A DNA stretch of 64,000 nucleotides from Candidatus Fermentithermobacillaceae bacterium DTU015 (GTDB taxonomy: Bacteria > Bacillota > Sulfobacillia > Fermentithermobacillales > Fermentithermobacillaceae), in assembly GCA_001513185.1 (NCBI GenBank), contig LFST01000046.1, forward strand, positions 82,161 through 146,160, given 5' to 3'. A program made the translations under genes and the position numbers. Of the stretch, positions 27,506 to 37,494 are shown piece by piece. Below the pieces are notes generated by a model. That model did not search any database and was not told where the DNA came from. It was given only the letters and a program-made list of their open reading frames with translations. The first letter of the stretch is position 1, and each line of letters opens with the position of its first letter.

Positions 27506-29728
27506 CTAGTAAATACCCGCCCCGGAGCCGGCTGCGAAGTACTCTTCAAGGGCTTTGAATATACCCTTGGCCGCCAGCTCCTGAACGTAGTCTTGTTTGA
27601 GTAGGTTTTCCTCCCTGGGGTTAGAAAGGTACATTACTTCCACCAACACTGAGGGGCAATGGGCCTCCCTGTTGACGAAGAAGTTTGCGTCCCTTACTCC
27701 CCTGTCCTGGGTGCCCAGGCTTGCAGTGAGATGTTTCTGGATCAGCGCCCCCAGCCGCCTGGACTCAGATGAGTTCAGGGTGCTGCTGCAGATATATGAA
27801 GTTGTGCCAGCAGTCTGTGGGTTGCTGTGCCAATCGTTATGTATCGAGACGAACGCATGGGCTTTCTGGGACCATGCCACCCGCTTGGCCAGGTCTCCGG
27901 AATATTCGTCGATGTCAGGCTTCCAGTCTTCAGGGGGCGTTGCGTCTTCAAACTCGCCCAGCCTGGTGAGGATTACCGTTGCACCCGCAGATTCCAGGAG
28001 ATCCCGGAGCTTTACTGCGATTTTCCAGTTTACCGTACGTTCCTGGTAGCCGGTGGGGCCTGACGCGCCTGGGTCGTTGCCTCCGTGTCCAGGGTCGACC
28101 ACAATCACTTTGCCTTTAAGCCCAGGGTTGGGGAAGAAGGCTTCAATGGCATTGGCGTTTTTCTTAAGCAGGTAAGCGCCGCTTAAGGATGTATCCAGGG
28201 ACAGGCTCACCCCGTCGGTTGCGGTGCCGATGTCTACTTGTCTCACCAGTTCCCCTCTTACCCGGGAAGCTTGTCCGGTGTAAGAGGCGCCCGGCAGGAA
28301 CATGGTGACTGAGTTGCCGTTCCTGGTAACAGTGGGCCAGGTGTAACCCAAAGTATGTACGGTGAGTAGTTCCCCGTCGTCCTGGCGCTTTACGTCCACC
28401 GCAGTTACAGTGGGCGCAAATCCAAGCACTACTTTGCCAGGTGATTGTTCCTGGACTACGTAAGATGGCGTTTCTGAGAACTTGATGGTAACATCGCTGC
28501 CTTCAACCTTAACCGACTCAAACTCGTAGGCGTTGATGTCTAGCCTGCCTGCTGCCTTGAAAAACTCGGAAGTGCTTATTATCAGGGTATTGTCTTCCTG
28601 ACGCACAAGCTGGCAGTTCTGAAACGGGCCCTGTACGGTAAGCGTGCGTATGCTGGAGCTTGCATCAAGAGCCACAGAGAACCCAGGGGTTGTGCTTGAA
28701 GGGGCTCCCGTGGTGAGCCACGAAGCTACCCAACCTACCACTCCCTTGGGGGATATTCCCCGGATCCAGCGGTCCCGCACTTCCAGCACACGGATTACGT
28801 CGCCTTTTTGCACCATGGATATCACAGGGTAATTGGTGCCGGGGCCTGCCCTAAAGTTGACGTCGGTGGCGTTTACCGTGGTGGTGCTGTACTTGCCAAG
28901 CGACCATGAGGTTTCAGATATCCCGAATGAAAGGGCAGGATCATTTATGGCGGAAATCACTGCATCAGGCCCGTATACCCAGCCCCTTATTCCGGACGAA
29001 GTCTGGACTGCGATCCAGGCTCCCCTTGAAGTGATATATTTGGCCGAGTCCCCGGACCTCAAGGTGGCCATCACAGTAGATCCCTTGATGGGCCTTTGGT
29101 ACACAGTCACAGAACTACCCCGGGGATTGACCACCATGTCGCCTGCCACCGGCACGGTTTCTTCAATTACCGGGAGGGTGAGCTGCAGAAGTTCAGCATA
29201 TATCCAGGCGGTCCTGCCGCCTCCCAGGGACACCCTTACCCAGTCATTTCGCTTGGCCTCAGCAAGGTACGTGTAGCCCCTCTGGGTCATCCCTACCACA
29301 GGGTAATCAGTGCCGGGCCCCTGGCGCATGTTTACGTCGGTCCTTGTGATCACTGCGGTTATGCCCCTGGAACCCAGGTCGATGTCCACCAGCCACCCTG
29401 CGATCCATGCTTCTCTGCCTTTGTAAGAGATCTTAAGCCAATCGTTTTCCATGGATATTATGTCAAGCCAAGTGCCTTCCAGCACTGTGCCTACGACGCT
29501 GTAGTTGGTACCGGGGCCGGATCTTAGATTGCACACGTCCCCTACTACAACCCCTTTAAAACCTGAGAAGTCAGACGGCAAAAGCGGGGTGCTGCTGTTA
29601 GACCATGCGGTACTGGAACATAGTGCAAGATGGAGGGTTACAGCTAGGAGCAGTACTCCGGGCAATACCCGGCAGGCTAGTTTGGAACGTTTGTTTAGGC
29701 TGTGCCTTATGTGTTTTGACATATGCAT
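27506..29728 (-). CDS. Secreted N-acetylmuramoyl-L-alanine amidase (Amidase_3) with about 4 N-terminal SH3b domains
   Basis: Signal-like N-terminus; repeats CNLRSGPGTNY / VNMRQGPGTDY / VNFRAGPGTNY; DPGHGGNDPGA, E, SIH, LVEV Zn-amidase motifs. Confidence 0.9.
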   Translation of the reverse strand: MHMSKHIRHSLNKRSKLACRVLPGVLLLAVTLHLALCSSTAWSNSSTPLLPSDFSGFKGVVVGDVCNLRSGPGTNYSVVGTVLEGTWLDIISMENDWLKISYKGREAWIAGWLVDIDLGSRGITAVITRTDVNMRQGPGTDYPVVGMTQRGYTYLAEAKRNDWVRVSLGGGRTAWIYAELLQLTLPVIEETVPVAGDMVVNPRGSSVTVYQRPIKGSTVMATLRSGDSAKYITSRGAWIAVQTSSGIRGWVYGPDAVISAINDPALSFGISETSWSLGKYSTTTVNATDVNFRAGPGTNYPVISMVQKGDVIRVLEVRDRWIRGISPKGVVGWVASWLTTGAPSSTTPGFSVALDASSSIRTLTVQGPFQNCQLVRQEDNTLIISTSEFFKAAGRLDINAYEFESVKVEGSDVTIKFSETPSYVVQEQSPGKVVLGFAPTVTAVDVKRQDDGELLTVHTLGYTWPTVTRNGNSVTMFLPGASYTGQASRVRGELVRQVDIGTATDGVSLSLDTSLSGAYLLKKNANAIEAFFPNPGLKGKVIVVDPGHGGNDPGASGPTGYQERTVNWKIAVKLRDLLESAGATVILTRLGEFEDATPPEDWKPDIDEYSGDLAKRVAWSQKAHAFVSIHNDWHSNPQTAGTTSYICSSTLNSSESRRLGALIQKHLTASLGTQDRGVRDANFFVNREAHCPSVLVEVMYLSNPREENLLKQDYVQELAAKGIFKALEEYFAAGSGAGIY

Positions 29729-29880
29729 TTACCTCTCACTTCCGTTTGGGGTTTAGATGATTTGTATCTCATATAGTAATCGGAACAACTCATGTTGTTG
29801 AGACGAAATTTCCAAGATATATGTTCCGTTTCGACAATTTTAGCAGCAAAGCGACATTGTGGGAATAAAGGGAATAAGCG

Positions 29881-29915
29881 AAAAAAACAGCTGCCGGGGT
29901 AATCCGGCAGCTGTT
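29881..29915 (-). terminator. Rho-independent terminator of the isc operon
   Basis: AACAGCTGCCGG/CCGGCAGCTGTT stem with an A7 run on + (U-tract on minus). Confidence 0.85.
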
Positions 29916-29962
29916 GGAACCACTCATATTTCCTACATTTAGTGTTCAGCGGTGTGTTCGTG

Positions 29963-30373
29963 TTAGTGGCCGTGTTCATCGTGTCCTACTTCGATGTCTA
30001 CGTCGATACCTTGCCTCTCGTAATAATCCTTGATAGCTGCCCGCACTGCATCTGCTGCTAGGTTTGAGCAATGGAGCTTCTGCGGGGGTAACCCGCCGAG
30101 GGCTTCAGCCACATGCTTGTTGGAGACTTCCAGGGCCTCTTCCAGGGTCAGCCCCTTGACCAGCTCGGTTACCATTGAACTGGTGGCGATGGCAGCCCCG
30201 CACCCGAAGGTCCTGAACTTGATGTCTTCAATCCTGTTGTCCTTAACCTTCAGGGTGATCCTCATCATGTCCCCGCAGATGGGGTTGCCCACCTGGCCGA
30301 CTCCGTCGGGATTTTCAATTTCCCCTACGTTCCTGGGATTGAAAAAGTGGTCCATAACCTTGTCATTGTACAT
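29963..30373 (-). CDS. iscU: Fe-S cluster scaffold IscU/NifU
   Basis: DHFFNPRNVG, GNPICGD, FGCGAAIATSS, LPPQKLHCS. Confidence 0.95.
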   Translation of the reverse strand: MYNDKVMDHFFNPRNVGEIENPDGVGQVGNPICGDMMRITLKVKDNRIEDIKFRTFGCGAAIATSSMVTELVKGLTLEEALEVSNKHVAEALGGLPPQKLHCSNLAADAVRAAIKDYYERQGIDVDIEVGHDEHGH

Positions 30374-30393
30374 ACGTCATCCCTGCCTTTACA

Positions 30394-31584
30394 TCATAAA
30401 CCACTGCCTGGGCCTAAAGGTGACATGGAGCGGAGTTTCTCCACTATAGGTGGCAGAACTTCCAGCACGTAGTCGATGTCCTCTTCCGTATTGGATCTGC
30501 CCAAGGTAAACCTGAGGGATCCATGGGCAGTCTCGTGGGACAGCCCCATCGCCAGGAGCACATGGGACGGCTCCAGGGATCCTGAAGTACAGGCTGAACC
30601 TGACGAGGCAGCCACGCCCATCCTGTCCAGGTTGAGCAGTATGGACTCCCCTTCCAAATACTTGACGCTCACGTTGACGTTGTGGGGCAGCCTGAGGGTG
30701 GGATGCCCGTTGAGCACCACGTCGGGGATTTTGTCCAGGATACCTTGGATCAACTTGTCCCTCAGGTTTGCGAGCCTTTGTGATTCTTCAGGGAGATCTG
30801 CTTTGGCCAAGCGGCACGCTTCCCCGAACCCGACTATACCGGGCACATTTTCGGTCCCGGCCCGCATCCTTCTTTCGTGGGCGCCCCCGGTAATCTGAGG
30901 GACCAGCCTTACCCCTTTCCTTACATATAGGGCTCCCACACCTTTGGGGCCGTAGATTTTGTGGCTGGAAACGGTGAGCAAGTCGATGTTCATATCCCTT
31001 ACGTCAATAGGGACCTTGCCTGCGCTTTGCACTGCGTCGGTATGGAACAACACCCCGTGCTCCCGGGCTATTGCCCCGATGTCTTTTATAGGCTCTATGG
31101 TGCCCACTTCGTTTTGGCCGTGCATTATGGAAATCAGGATGGTGTCTTTCCTGATAGCTCGCTTTATGTCATCCGGATCTATCAATCCGTATTTGTCGCA
31201 TGGGACGAAAGTGACCTCAAACCCCTCCTTCTGGAGGGCTTCAAAGGTGTGGAGCACTGCATGGTGTTCAATCTGGCTCGTAATAAGGTGCTTGCCCTTT
31301 GCCTTCCTGGAATGGGCAACGCCTCTTATGGCCAGGTTGTCAGATTCAGTGCCCCCGGAAGTGAACAGTATCTCATTGGGAGAGGCCTCGATCAGGGAGG
31401 CTACCTTTTCCCTGGCGTCATTGATGGCTTGCCTGGCCTCGTATCCCCACCTGTGTACGCTTGAAGCGTTGCCGAATTTGTTCGCAAAGTATGGTAACAT
31501 GGCGGCCAGCACTTCGGGTCTTACCGGAGTGGTTGCCGAATGGTCTAGGTAGACCAGCCTTTCAGGGTTTGGCTGACTACTCAT
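30394..31584 (-). CDS. iscS: Cysteine desulfurase IscS/NifS
   Basis: YLDHSATTP, FTSGGTESDN, SSHKIYGPKG (PLP lysine), SSGSACTS; start ATG 31584. Confidence 0.96.
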   Translation of the reverse strand: MSSQPNPERLVYLDHSATTPVRPEVLAAMLPYFANKFGNASSVHRWGYEARQAINDAREKVASLIEASPNEILFTSGGTESDNLAIRGVAHSRKAKGKHLITSQIEHHAVLHTFEALQKEGFEVTFVPCDKYGLIDPDDIKRAIRKDTILISIMHGQNEVGTIEPIKDIGAIAREHGVLFHTDAVQSAGKVPIDVRDMNIDLLTVSSHKIYGPKGVGALYVRKGVRLVPQITGGAHERRMRAGTENVPGIVGFGEACRLAKADLPEESQRLANLRDKLIQGILDKIPDVVLNGHPTLRLPHNVNVSVKYLEGESILLNLDRMGVAASSGSACTSGSLEPSHVLLAMGLSHETAHGSLRFTLGRSNTEEDIDYVLEVLPPIVEKLRSMSPLGPGSGL

Positions 31585-32023
31585 GGTCAATGTCCCCCTT
31601 TGTTTCGATGTGGACGGTCCCCTCAACCAAGTCCTGCAAAGTTATGGAATTGAGGACACCTTCTATGGCATTTCCAACTTTTTGCCAAACATGCTTGGCT
31701 TTGCAATCATCAGGGCAGTCGCAGCCGGAAAAATCCTCGTGGACGCACTTTACCGGCGCCACGGGACCTTCCGCCACTTGGACGATTTCACCCACGGTAA
31801 TCTCAGCCGCAGGCCTGGCAAGCCTGTAGCCGCCGCCAAATCCCCGCTTACCTTGAACCAGCCCATGCTCTCTCAAGGGAATCACGATCTGTTCAAGATA
31901 GCCCTGAGATACTCTTTGGGCAGCGGAGACGTCGGCAAGTGATATGAACTCGTCTCCTGCTTTAGCCAGTTCATACATGAGCAAGACTGCGTAATGCCCT
32001 TTGGTGGACAGGGAAAAAGACAG
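31577..32023 (-). CDS. iscR: Rrf2-family regulator (IscR-like), apparent CTG start
   Basis: LSTKGHYA N-terminal motif lies upstream of the tracked TTG; YLEQI, GKRGFGGGY.LA; Cys cluster C-x7-C-x-C-x3-C; GAGGTG 7 nt before CTG at 32023, with an in-frame TGA further up. Confidence 0.85.
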   Translation of the reverse strand: MSFSLSTKGHYAVLLMYELAKAGDEFISLADVSAAQRVSQGYLEQIVIPLREHGLVQGKRGFGGGYRLARPAAEITVGEIVQVAEGPVAPVKCVHEDFSGCDCPDDCKAKHVWQKVGNAIEGVLNSITLQDLVEGTVHIETKGDIDHE

Positions 32024-32062
32024 TTTCTCTCACCTCAGTCAGGATTTAAGTCTATCCGCATC

Positions 32063-32098
32063 TAATCCTATTATTCTACTAGGATTATTGTAAGTCAA
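32063..32098 (-). promoter_or_regulatory. sigma-A promoter with overlapping Rrf2 operator palindrome
   Basis: Minus strand TTGACT-17nt-AATAAT; inverted repeat TAATCCTA-N9-TAGGATTA at 32063-32087. Confidence 0.7.
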
Positions 32099-32220
32099 GT
32101 GAATTCTGATTGGATGGGAATTAGTTTTGGAGAACATCTATGAGGAGGTATTATAACAACTAGAGGCGAAGAACAAGGGTGAATGACGACTATACTTTAC
32201 AAGTATCGTGAGGGGTTAAC

Positions 32221-33678
32221 GTGAGCAACATGAACATTGATGAAAAGTCGCTTCGGGCAATTGTCAAGAACCTCGAAAGAGACGTCGAGAAGCGGCCTAG
32301 AGACGTGGCTACAAGGCTTCAGCTCGCCCTGTCGTATATGAGGCTTGCAGAGGCGGACAAGGCCCGGGAGCACCTGGAGAAAGTAATAGAGTTGGATAAA
32401 CGCAATGTTGAAGCCCATTATTACCTCGGCATCCTTTGGGCTGATACAGGCAAGCTGGAAGAAGCCAAGAACGCATTTAAGCGGACTATTGCTCTGGATA
32501 GATCCCATTCGCCGTCCCACTATTTCTTGGGGAAAATCTACGCACTTGAAGGCAACTTGGATGCTGCCATTTCACAAACTGAGAAAGCCAGGGACGCAGC
32601 TCCCGGCAACGTGCTGGCCCGGGTGCAGCTGGGAGAGCTGTATCTGGCCAAGGGCAGGATCAGGGACAGCCTGGATGAATGGCTTGAAATCTTGAAGTTA
32701 GAGCCCGCCAACCTCCAGGCGCTGCACAACGTAGGTGCCATATATACTGATCTTAAGATGTTTGACGAAGCCCTTGAAGTGCTGGAGCGGGCAGAGCGGT
32801 TGGGTTCAGACACTTCCCTCTTGTTCTACAACAAGGGGCTTTGCTTTATGGGCAAGCAGGAGTACGCCAAGGCAATCGAAGCCCTCACCAAAGCACATGA
32901 ATTGGAACCGGAGAATACTATGACCCTCACCACCCTGGGCGAAGCTTACGCCATGTCAGGGGATATTGACACGGCCATGGGCAAGTGGCAGCAAGTACTT
33001 GACGCCAACCCTGATGACCTGTTTGCCACCTACAATTTGGGGCTTGCCTTCCTTGAGAAAAATGAGATGGACAAAGCGGTAGACATGTGGGAAAAATGTG
33101 TGTCCCTAAACCCCGCGTACATACCTGCACGCCAAAACCTTGCCACCTTGGCGGTCAACGCAGGAGATTTCAACAAAGCCATAGCACATTGGCGTGCAAT
33201 CAACCAGCTGGATCCCGGCAGCCCCAGGCCTCAGATGATCTTGGGGGAACTGTATTACAGGGCAGGGGACTTAGATCAAGCCTTGCGGCTCACCGAGGAA
33301 CTTGTGGAGAAACTCGGGCAGGTTGAACCCAAGGACAAAGAAGAGCGTAAACTAAGGTCGGATACTGAATTCCTGCATGGCACGGTGCTCATGGCCTCGG
33401 GCAGTCCCCGGGACGGCTTGGATCATTGGGTCAAGGCACTTAACTACAATCCCAACTTTGCCCTTGAAGCCAGCGGGTTTATATCCAGGGCCATTTGGCC
33501 GGAACTGCTCAAATTTGCAGAGGAGCATGCTCAGACTGAAGACCACAGGAAGGTAATCAGCCTGGTAAGCAGTTTCGTCAAGGAAGATACCAGGCCTCCT
33601 GAGGGTGTGGAGGCAGTTCCCAAAGTAGAGGAACGGAGAAAGGTCGGTTTCAGGTGGTTCTCACGGGGAAAGAAATAG
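32221..33678 (+). CDS. Tetratricopeptide repeat protein (about 10-11 TPRs)
   Basis: Serial 34-aa units (A.Y.LG....G...A...F...I.LDP). Confidence 0.9.
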   Translation: MSNMNIDEKSLRAIVKNLERDVEKRPRDVATRLQLALSYMRLAEADKAREHLEKVIELDKRNVEAHYYLGILWADTGKLEEAKNAFKRTIALDRSHSPSHYFLGKIYALEGNLDAAISQTEKARDAAPGNVLARVQLGELYLAKGRIRDSLDEWLEILKLEPANLQALHNVGAIYTDLKMFDEALEVLERAERLGSDTSLLFYNKGLCFMGKQEYAKAIEALTKAHELEPENTMTLTTLGEAYAMSGDIDTAMGKWQQVLDANPDDLFATYNLGLAFLEKNEMDKAVDMWEKCVSLNPAYIPARQNLATLAVNAGDFNKAIAHWRAINQLDPGSPRPQMILGELYYRAGDLDQALRLTEELVEKLGQVEPKDKEERKLRSDTEFLHGTVLMASGSPRDGLDHWVKALNYNPNFALEASGFISRAIWPELLKFAEEHAQTEDHRKVISLVSSFVKEDTRPPEGVEAVPKVEERRKVGFRWFSRGKK

Positions 33679-34514
33679 CAACCGAGCCGGGCCTGCAGGG
33701 CATCGAAGTGATCGCTCTTGTGGGACCAAGCGGCACGGGCAAGTCCCACCACGCAATGTGGGTTGCCCAGGAATACGGGTGCCGGGCAATCATCGACGAT
33801 GGCCTGTTGATTTCCGGCTCAAGGATAGTCGCAGGTAAATCGGCTAAACGGGAAGAGACCAAGACCGCGGCGGTGAGAAGGGCGGTGTTTACTTCTGCCG
33901 CCCACGCTTTAGAGGTCAGGGCAGCTCTTGAGGACCTAAAGGTAGAGCGGGTGTTGGTGCTCGGCACTTCGGTTTCAATGATACAGCGCATAGTGTCAAG
34001 GCTGGGCCTCTCTGAGCCTTCGCTTATATTGGACATAAGGGATTTAGCTAGCGAAGAGGAGATCAGGGAGGCCTTGTGGCGAAGGCGGCAAGAGGGCAAG
34101 CACGTGATCCCGGCCCCCGCCTTCGAGGTCAAGAAAACCTTCTCAGGCTACCTGGTAGATCCTCTTAAGATCTTCGTGAGGGCCAGGGAAAAGATGCCGG
34201 CCGTTATGGAAAGAAGCGTGGTCAGGCCTACATACAGCTACTTTGGCAACTTCTACATCGCAGACAACGTTGTAATGCAGATGGCTACAAAGATCTGCTA
34301 CGAAATCGAGGGCGTGAAGCGGGTGCTGCGGGTCCTGGTGCTCACCACAGGCGACGGCGCCATGCTTGAAGTTGAACTGGTACTTAAGTCCGGCTTCCCT
34401 GTGTTTGAAGTGATGCAGGAAGTTCAGTCCAAGCTCAAGCAAAAGCTTGAGTACCTTACCGGAATTTACCTGCTTAGCGTGGATGTGATCACCAAGAAAA
34501 TCGGCTTGGATTAG
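33654..34514 (+). CDS. P-loop kinase-like domain fused to Asp23/Gls24-like domain
   Basis: GPSGTGKS Walker A, IIDDGLLI, GKHVIP.P.FEVKK, C-terminal Asp23-like region (Q..LK..LEYLTG...V.V); start uncertain. Confidence 0.75.
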   Translation: MVLTGKEIATEPGLQGIEVIALVGPSGTGKSHHAMWVAQEYGCRAIIDDGLLISGSRIVAGKSAKREETKTAAVRRAVFTSAAHALEVRAALEDLKVERVLVLGTSVSMIQRIVSRLGLSEPSLILDIRDLASEEEIREALWRRRQEGKHVIPAPAFEVKKTFSGYLVDPLKIFVRAREKMPAVMERSVVRPTYSYFGNFYIADNVVMQMATKICYEIEGVKRVLRVLVLTTGDGAMLEVELVLKSGFPVFEVMQEVQSKLKQKLEYLTGIYLLSVDVITKKIGLD

Positions 34515-34573
34515 GCTTGGACCTGGGCTAACGACGAGCGGTGTTGAAATAGTAATAGTATGGGAGGGGGACC

Positions 34574-35953
34574 ATGAAACCGGCCTACGGCCTAGAACTA
34601 ATTCAGACACAGAAGCTCGTCCTCACGCCTGAGCTGCATCAAGCCATTATGATCTTGCAGATGAACGTTCAGGAGCTGTCGGCCCTGCTATTGGAGGAAG
34701 TTGAGACAAACCCGCTCTTGGAATTGGCCGGCCACATTGCAGAAAAATCATACGATGATTCCCCCGGTGACGAAGAAGACTGGATAGCTTACTTCTTCGA
34801 CTCTTCAGACCTCGGCCTCGGAGGAAGGGAAGCGCGCAGGAGCTCCGGCGGGCTTTCAGATGAATGGAGACCTTTGGATTACGCTCCTGTCCAACCTAAT
34901 ACCTCAATCAGGGGGCACCTGTTGTCCCAGCTGGGGGTGTTACACCTTACCGAGAAAGAGCAGGCTATCGCCTGCTTCATCATTGAAAGCATAGATGATA
35001 ACGGCTATCTCCAAGCCACCACCGAGGAGATTGCCTCAGCTACGGCCAGCACCCCGGAGCAGGTTGAGGCCGTGCTCGAGCTCATCCAGAGATTCGATCC
35101 CCCCGGGGTTGCTGCCAGGAACTTGAGGGAATGCCTTAAGCTGCAGGCCGAAGCAAGAGGGCTTGGAGAGCTTGTGTTGCAGATCATACAGCATCATCTG
35201 GATGATCTCGCAAAGGGCAGGTACACCAAGATATCCCAAAGCACCGGAACTTCGCTTCAGCAGGTGTTAAGGGCCAGGGACGCCATATTAGGCCTTGAGC
35301 CCAAACCAGGGGCGGCGTTTTCAGGCGGCCACGTCACTTTCATAGTGCCCGACGTTGCCGTGCGGAGGCTTGGCGATGAATTTGTGGTGATTCTAAACGA
35401 CAGCGCTTTGCTGGCAATCAGGTGGAATCCCTACTACAGGAAACTGCTTGCCGCCGGCGAACAAGATGCCAGAAACTATCTGATTAAGCAGATGAGGAGG
35501 GCCCGTTTCCTGCTGAGAAGCATAGAACAAAGACGGTTGACAATATCAAGGGTAATGGAAGCCATCGTCGAGCGGCAGCGGCGGTTCTTCATGGAAGGCC
35601 CGGGACATCTTGAACCTATGACCCTCAAGGATATTGCCAGCCGGCTGGATATGCACGATTCCACGGTATCCCGGGCGGTGGCGGGCAAGTATGTGGATAC
35701 TCCATTCGGGGTGTTCCCGTGCAAAATGTTTTTTACCCCAGGGGTGGAATCGCGTGGGCAAGAGGTATCCCAATACAACATAAAGAAGCTTATCGAACAA
35801 ATGGTCCGCAGCGAAGATCCTGGCAACCCGCTCACCGACAGCCAAATCGCCCATGCCCTAAACCGGCGGGGAATAGACATTGCAAGGCGCACGGTTGCCA
35901 AATATCGCTCTCAATTGGGGATTCCTCCCTCAAATCGCAGGAAGAAATTATAA
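34574..35953 (+). CDS. rpoN: RNA polymerase sigma-54 factor
   Basis: LVLTPEL.QAI.ILQM, DPPGVAAR.L.ECL, HDSTVSRA, RpoN box ARRTVAKYR. Confidence 0.96.
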   Translation: MKPAYGLELIQTQKLVLTPELHQAIMILQMNVQELSALLLEEVETNPLLELAGHIAEKSYDDSPGDEEDWIAYFFDSSDLGLGGREARRSSGGLSDEWRPLDYAPVQPNTSIRGHLLSQLGVLHLTEKEQAIACFIIESIDDNGYLQATTEEIASATASTPEQVEAVLELIQRFDPPGVAARNLRECLKLQAEARGLGELVLQIIQHHLDDLAKGRYTKISQSTGTSLQQVLRARDAILGLEPKPGAAFSGGHVTFIVPDVAVRRLGDEFVVILNDSALLAIRWNPYYRKLLAAGEQDARNYLIKQMRRARFLLRSIEQRRLTISRVMEAIVERQRRFFMEGPGHLEPMTLKDIASRLDMHDSTVSRAVAGKYVDTPFGVFPCKMFFTPGVESRGQEVSQYNIKKLIEQMVRSEDPGNPLTDSQIAHALNRRGIDIARRTVAKYRSQLGIPPSNRRKKL

Positions 35954-36005
35954 ATTTAGCCCCGGATTGCTTAAGGATGCAAGACCTTCAAACAGGGCTT
36001 GTTAT

Positions 36006-36034
36006 TTGACGTTTGGCGGGTTAGGCACTACAAT
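36006..36034 (+). promoter_or_regulatory. sigma-A promoter of the rnf operon
   Basis: TTGACG-17nt-TACAAT. Confidence 0.7.
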
Positions 36035-36120
36035 TATCACTGTATAACATGTGATCTCTGAATTCTCTGTAAACTAAAGTACCAGGTTATATTTTTGTTG
36101 TGGCAATTGAGGTGGAAACA

Positions 36121-37461
36121 GTGATTACCATCATAAAAAAGATGATCGGAGGCGTGCCGGTTCCTGACAAAAAGGAACTGTCGGAGAAGGCTCCGGTAGA
36201 GTTCGCAGGGATTCCTGATGAACTCGTTCTTTTTATGTCCCATCATATAGGTGCTCCGGCTGTGCCCTTGGTCAAGCCCAAGGACACGGTCAAGCGCGGG
36301 CAGCTGATAGCTGAACCCCAGGGGTTGGTGAGCGCTGCCTTACACGCCCCTACTTCCGGAGTGGTAAAGGCTATTGAGCCGAGATTTCATCCGGTGCTAG
36401 CTTGCATGTCAGAAGCCATTGTGATTGAGCCTGACGGCAAGCATGAACCGGTTGAAGGGCTGGCTCCTAAAGCGTCTGATTTGGATAGCCTTTCAGCTGA
36501 ACAGATCAGGGCCATAGCCAGGGAAGCCGGAATTGTGGGGCTCGGAGGTGCATGTTTCCCTACGTCTGCTAAGATTACTCCGCCTGAGGACAAGCATCTG
36601 GATACTTACTTGCTCAACGGGTCTGAATGTGAGCCCTATCTTACTGCAGACCACAGGGTGATGCTGGAAGAGGCGGAAAAGGTGATCTTCGGGTTTAAGG
36701 CACTTATGAAGGCGTCAGGCGTAAGCCGCGGGATCGTGTGTATAGAGGATAACAAGCCTGATGCTATTGAAGCCATGAAGCAAGCCATGTCCGGTTACGA
36801 CGGATTGGAGCTTGCAGTGCTGACCACCCGGTATCCCAGGGGTGGAGAAAAGCAGCTCACTCAGGCTGTATTGGGCAGAGAAGTGCCTCCGCCGCCTGGC
36901 TTGCCTTACGATGTGGGTGTCTTGGTATCAAACGTAGGTACTGCCTATGCGTTGGCAGAGGCTATACTTACAGGCCTTCCGCTGGTGGAAAGAGTCGTAA
37001 CCGTTACCGGCGAAGGGGTAGCCAAGCCGTCTAACTTCAAGGCCCTTATAGGCACTCCGGTATCATACTTGATTGAAAAGGCAGGCGGGTTTGCCGGCAC
37101 TCCGGGCAAGGTGATAATGGGAGGCCCAATGATGGGCTGCGCCCTAAAGAGCCTGGATGTTCCGGTATTGAAGGGTACTACCGGAATACTGGTGCTCACT
37201 AAAGAACAAGCGGTCCAAGAGCCTATCCTTCCCTGCATCAAGTGCGGTAAATGCATTGACGCGTGCCCTCTGGGATTGCAACCCTTGTGGATTTCGGCCT
37301 ATGCCGAGCGGGGGTTCATTGAAGAAGCTGAAAGCTTCAGGGCAATGGATTGTATGGAATGCGGGTGTTGTGCTTATATCTGCCCTGCAAAAAGGCCTCT
37401 TGTGCAATTGATAAAGATGGCCAAGGCAGAAATTTCATCGAGGCGGAAGGCTCGCAGATGA
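36121..37461 (+). CDS. rnfC: Rnf complex subunit C
   Basis: HIGAP, GIVGLGGACFPT, NGSECEPYLTAD, GGPMMG, two CxxCxxCxxxCP motifs; GTG 36121 behind GAGGTG. Confidence 0.95.
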   Translation: MITIIKKMIGGVPVPDKKELSEKAPVEFAGIPDELVLFMSHHIGAPAVPLVKPKDTVKRGQLIAEPQGLVSAALHAPTSGVVKAIEPRFHPVLACMSEAIVIEPDGKHEPVEGLAPKASDLDSLSAEQIRAIAREAGIVGLGGACFPTSAKITPPEDKHLDTYLLNGSECEPYLTADHRVMLEEAEKVIFGFKALMKASGVSRGIVCIEDNKPDAIEAMKQAMSGYDGLELAVLTTRYPRGGEKQLTQAVLGREVPPPPGLPYDVGVLVSNVGTAYALAEAILTGLPLVERVVTVTGEGVAKPSNFKALIGTPVSYLIEKAGGFAGTPGKVIMGGPMMGCALKSLDVPVLKGTTGILVLTKEQAVQEPILPCIKCGKCIDACPLGLQPLWISAYAERGFIEEAESFRAMDCMECGCCAYICPAKRPLVQLIKMAKAEISSRRKARR

Positions 37462-37494
37462 GCTGGGCCTGTGTGTAGATACGGAGGTATAGAC

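Noticed and set aside
27265..27549. 94-aa minus-strand ORF between the M42 operon and the amidase
   Set aside because: Crosses the terminator hairpin, overlaps both neighbours and has no recognisable features
36036..36055. ATCAC-N10-GTGAT inverted repeat upstream of rnfC as a Rex or other operator
   Set aside because: Only 5-bp arms and it does not match the Rex TTGTGAA-N4-TTCACAA pattern; could be chance
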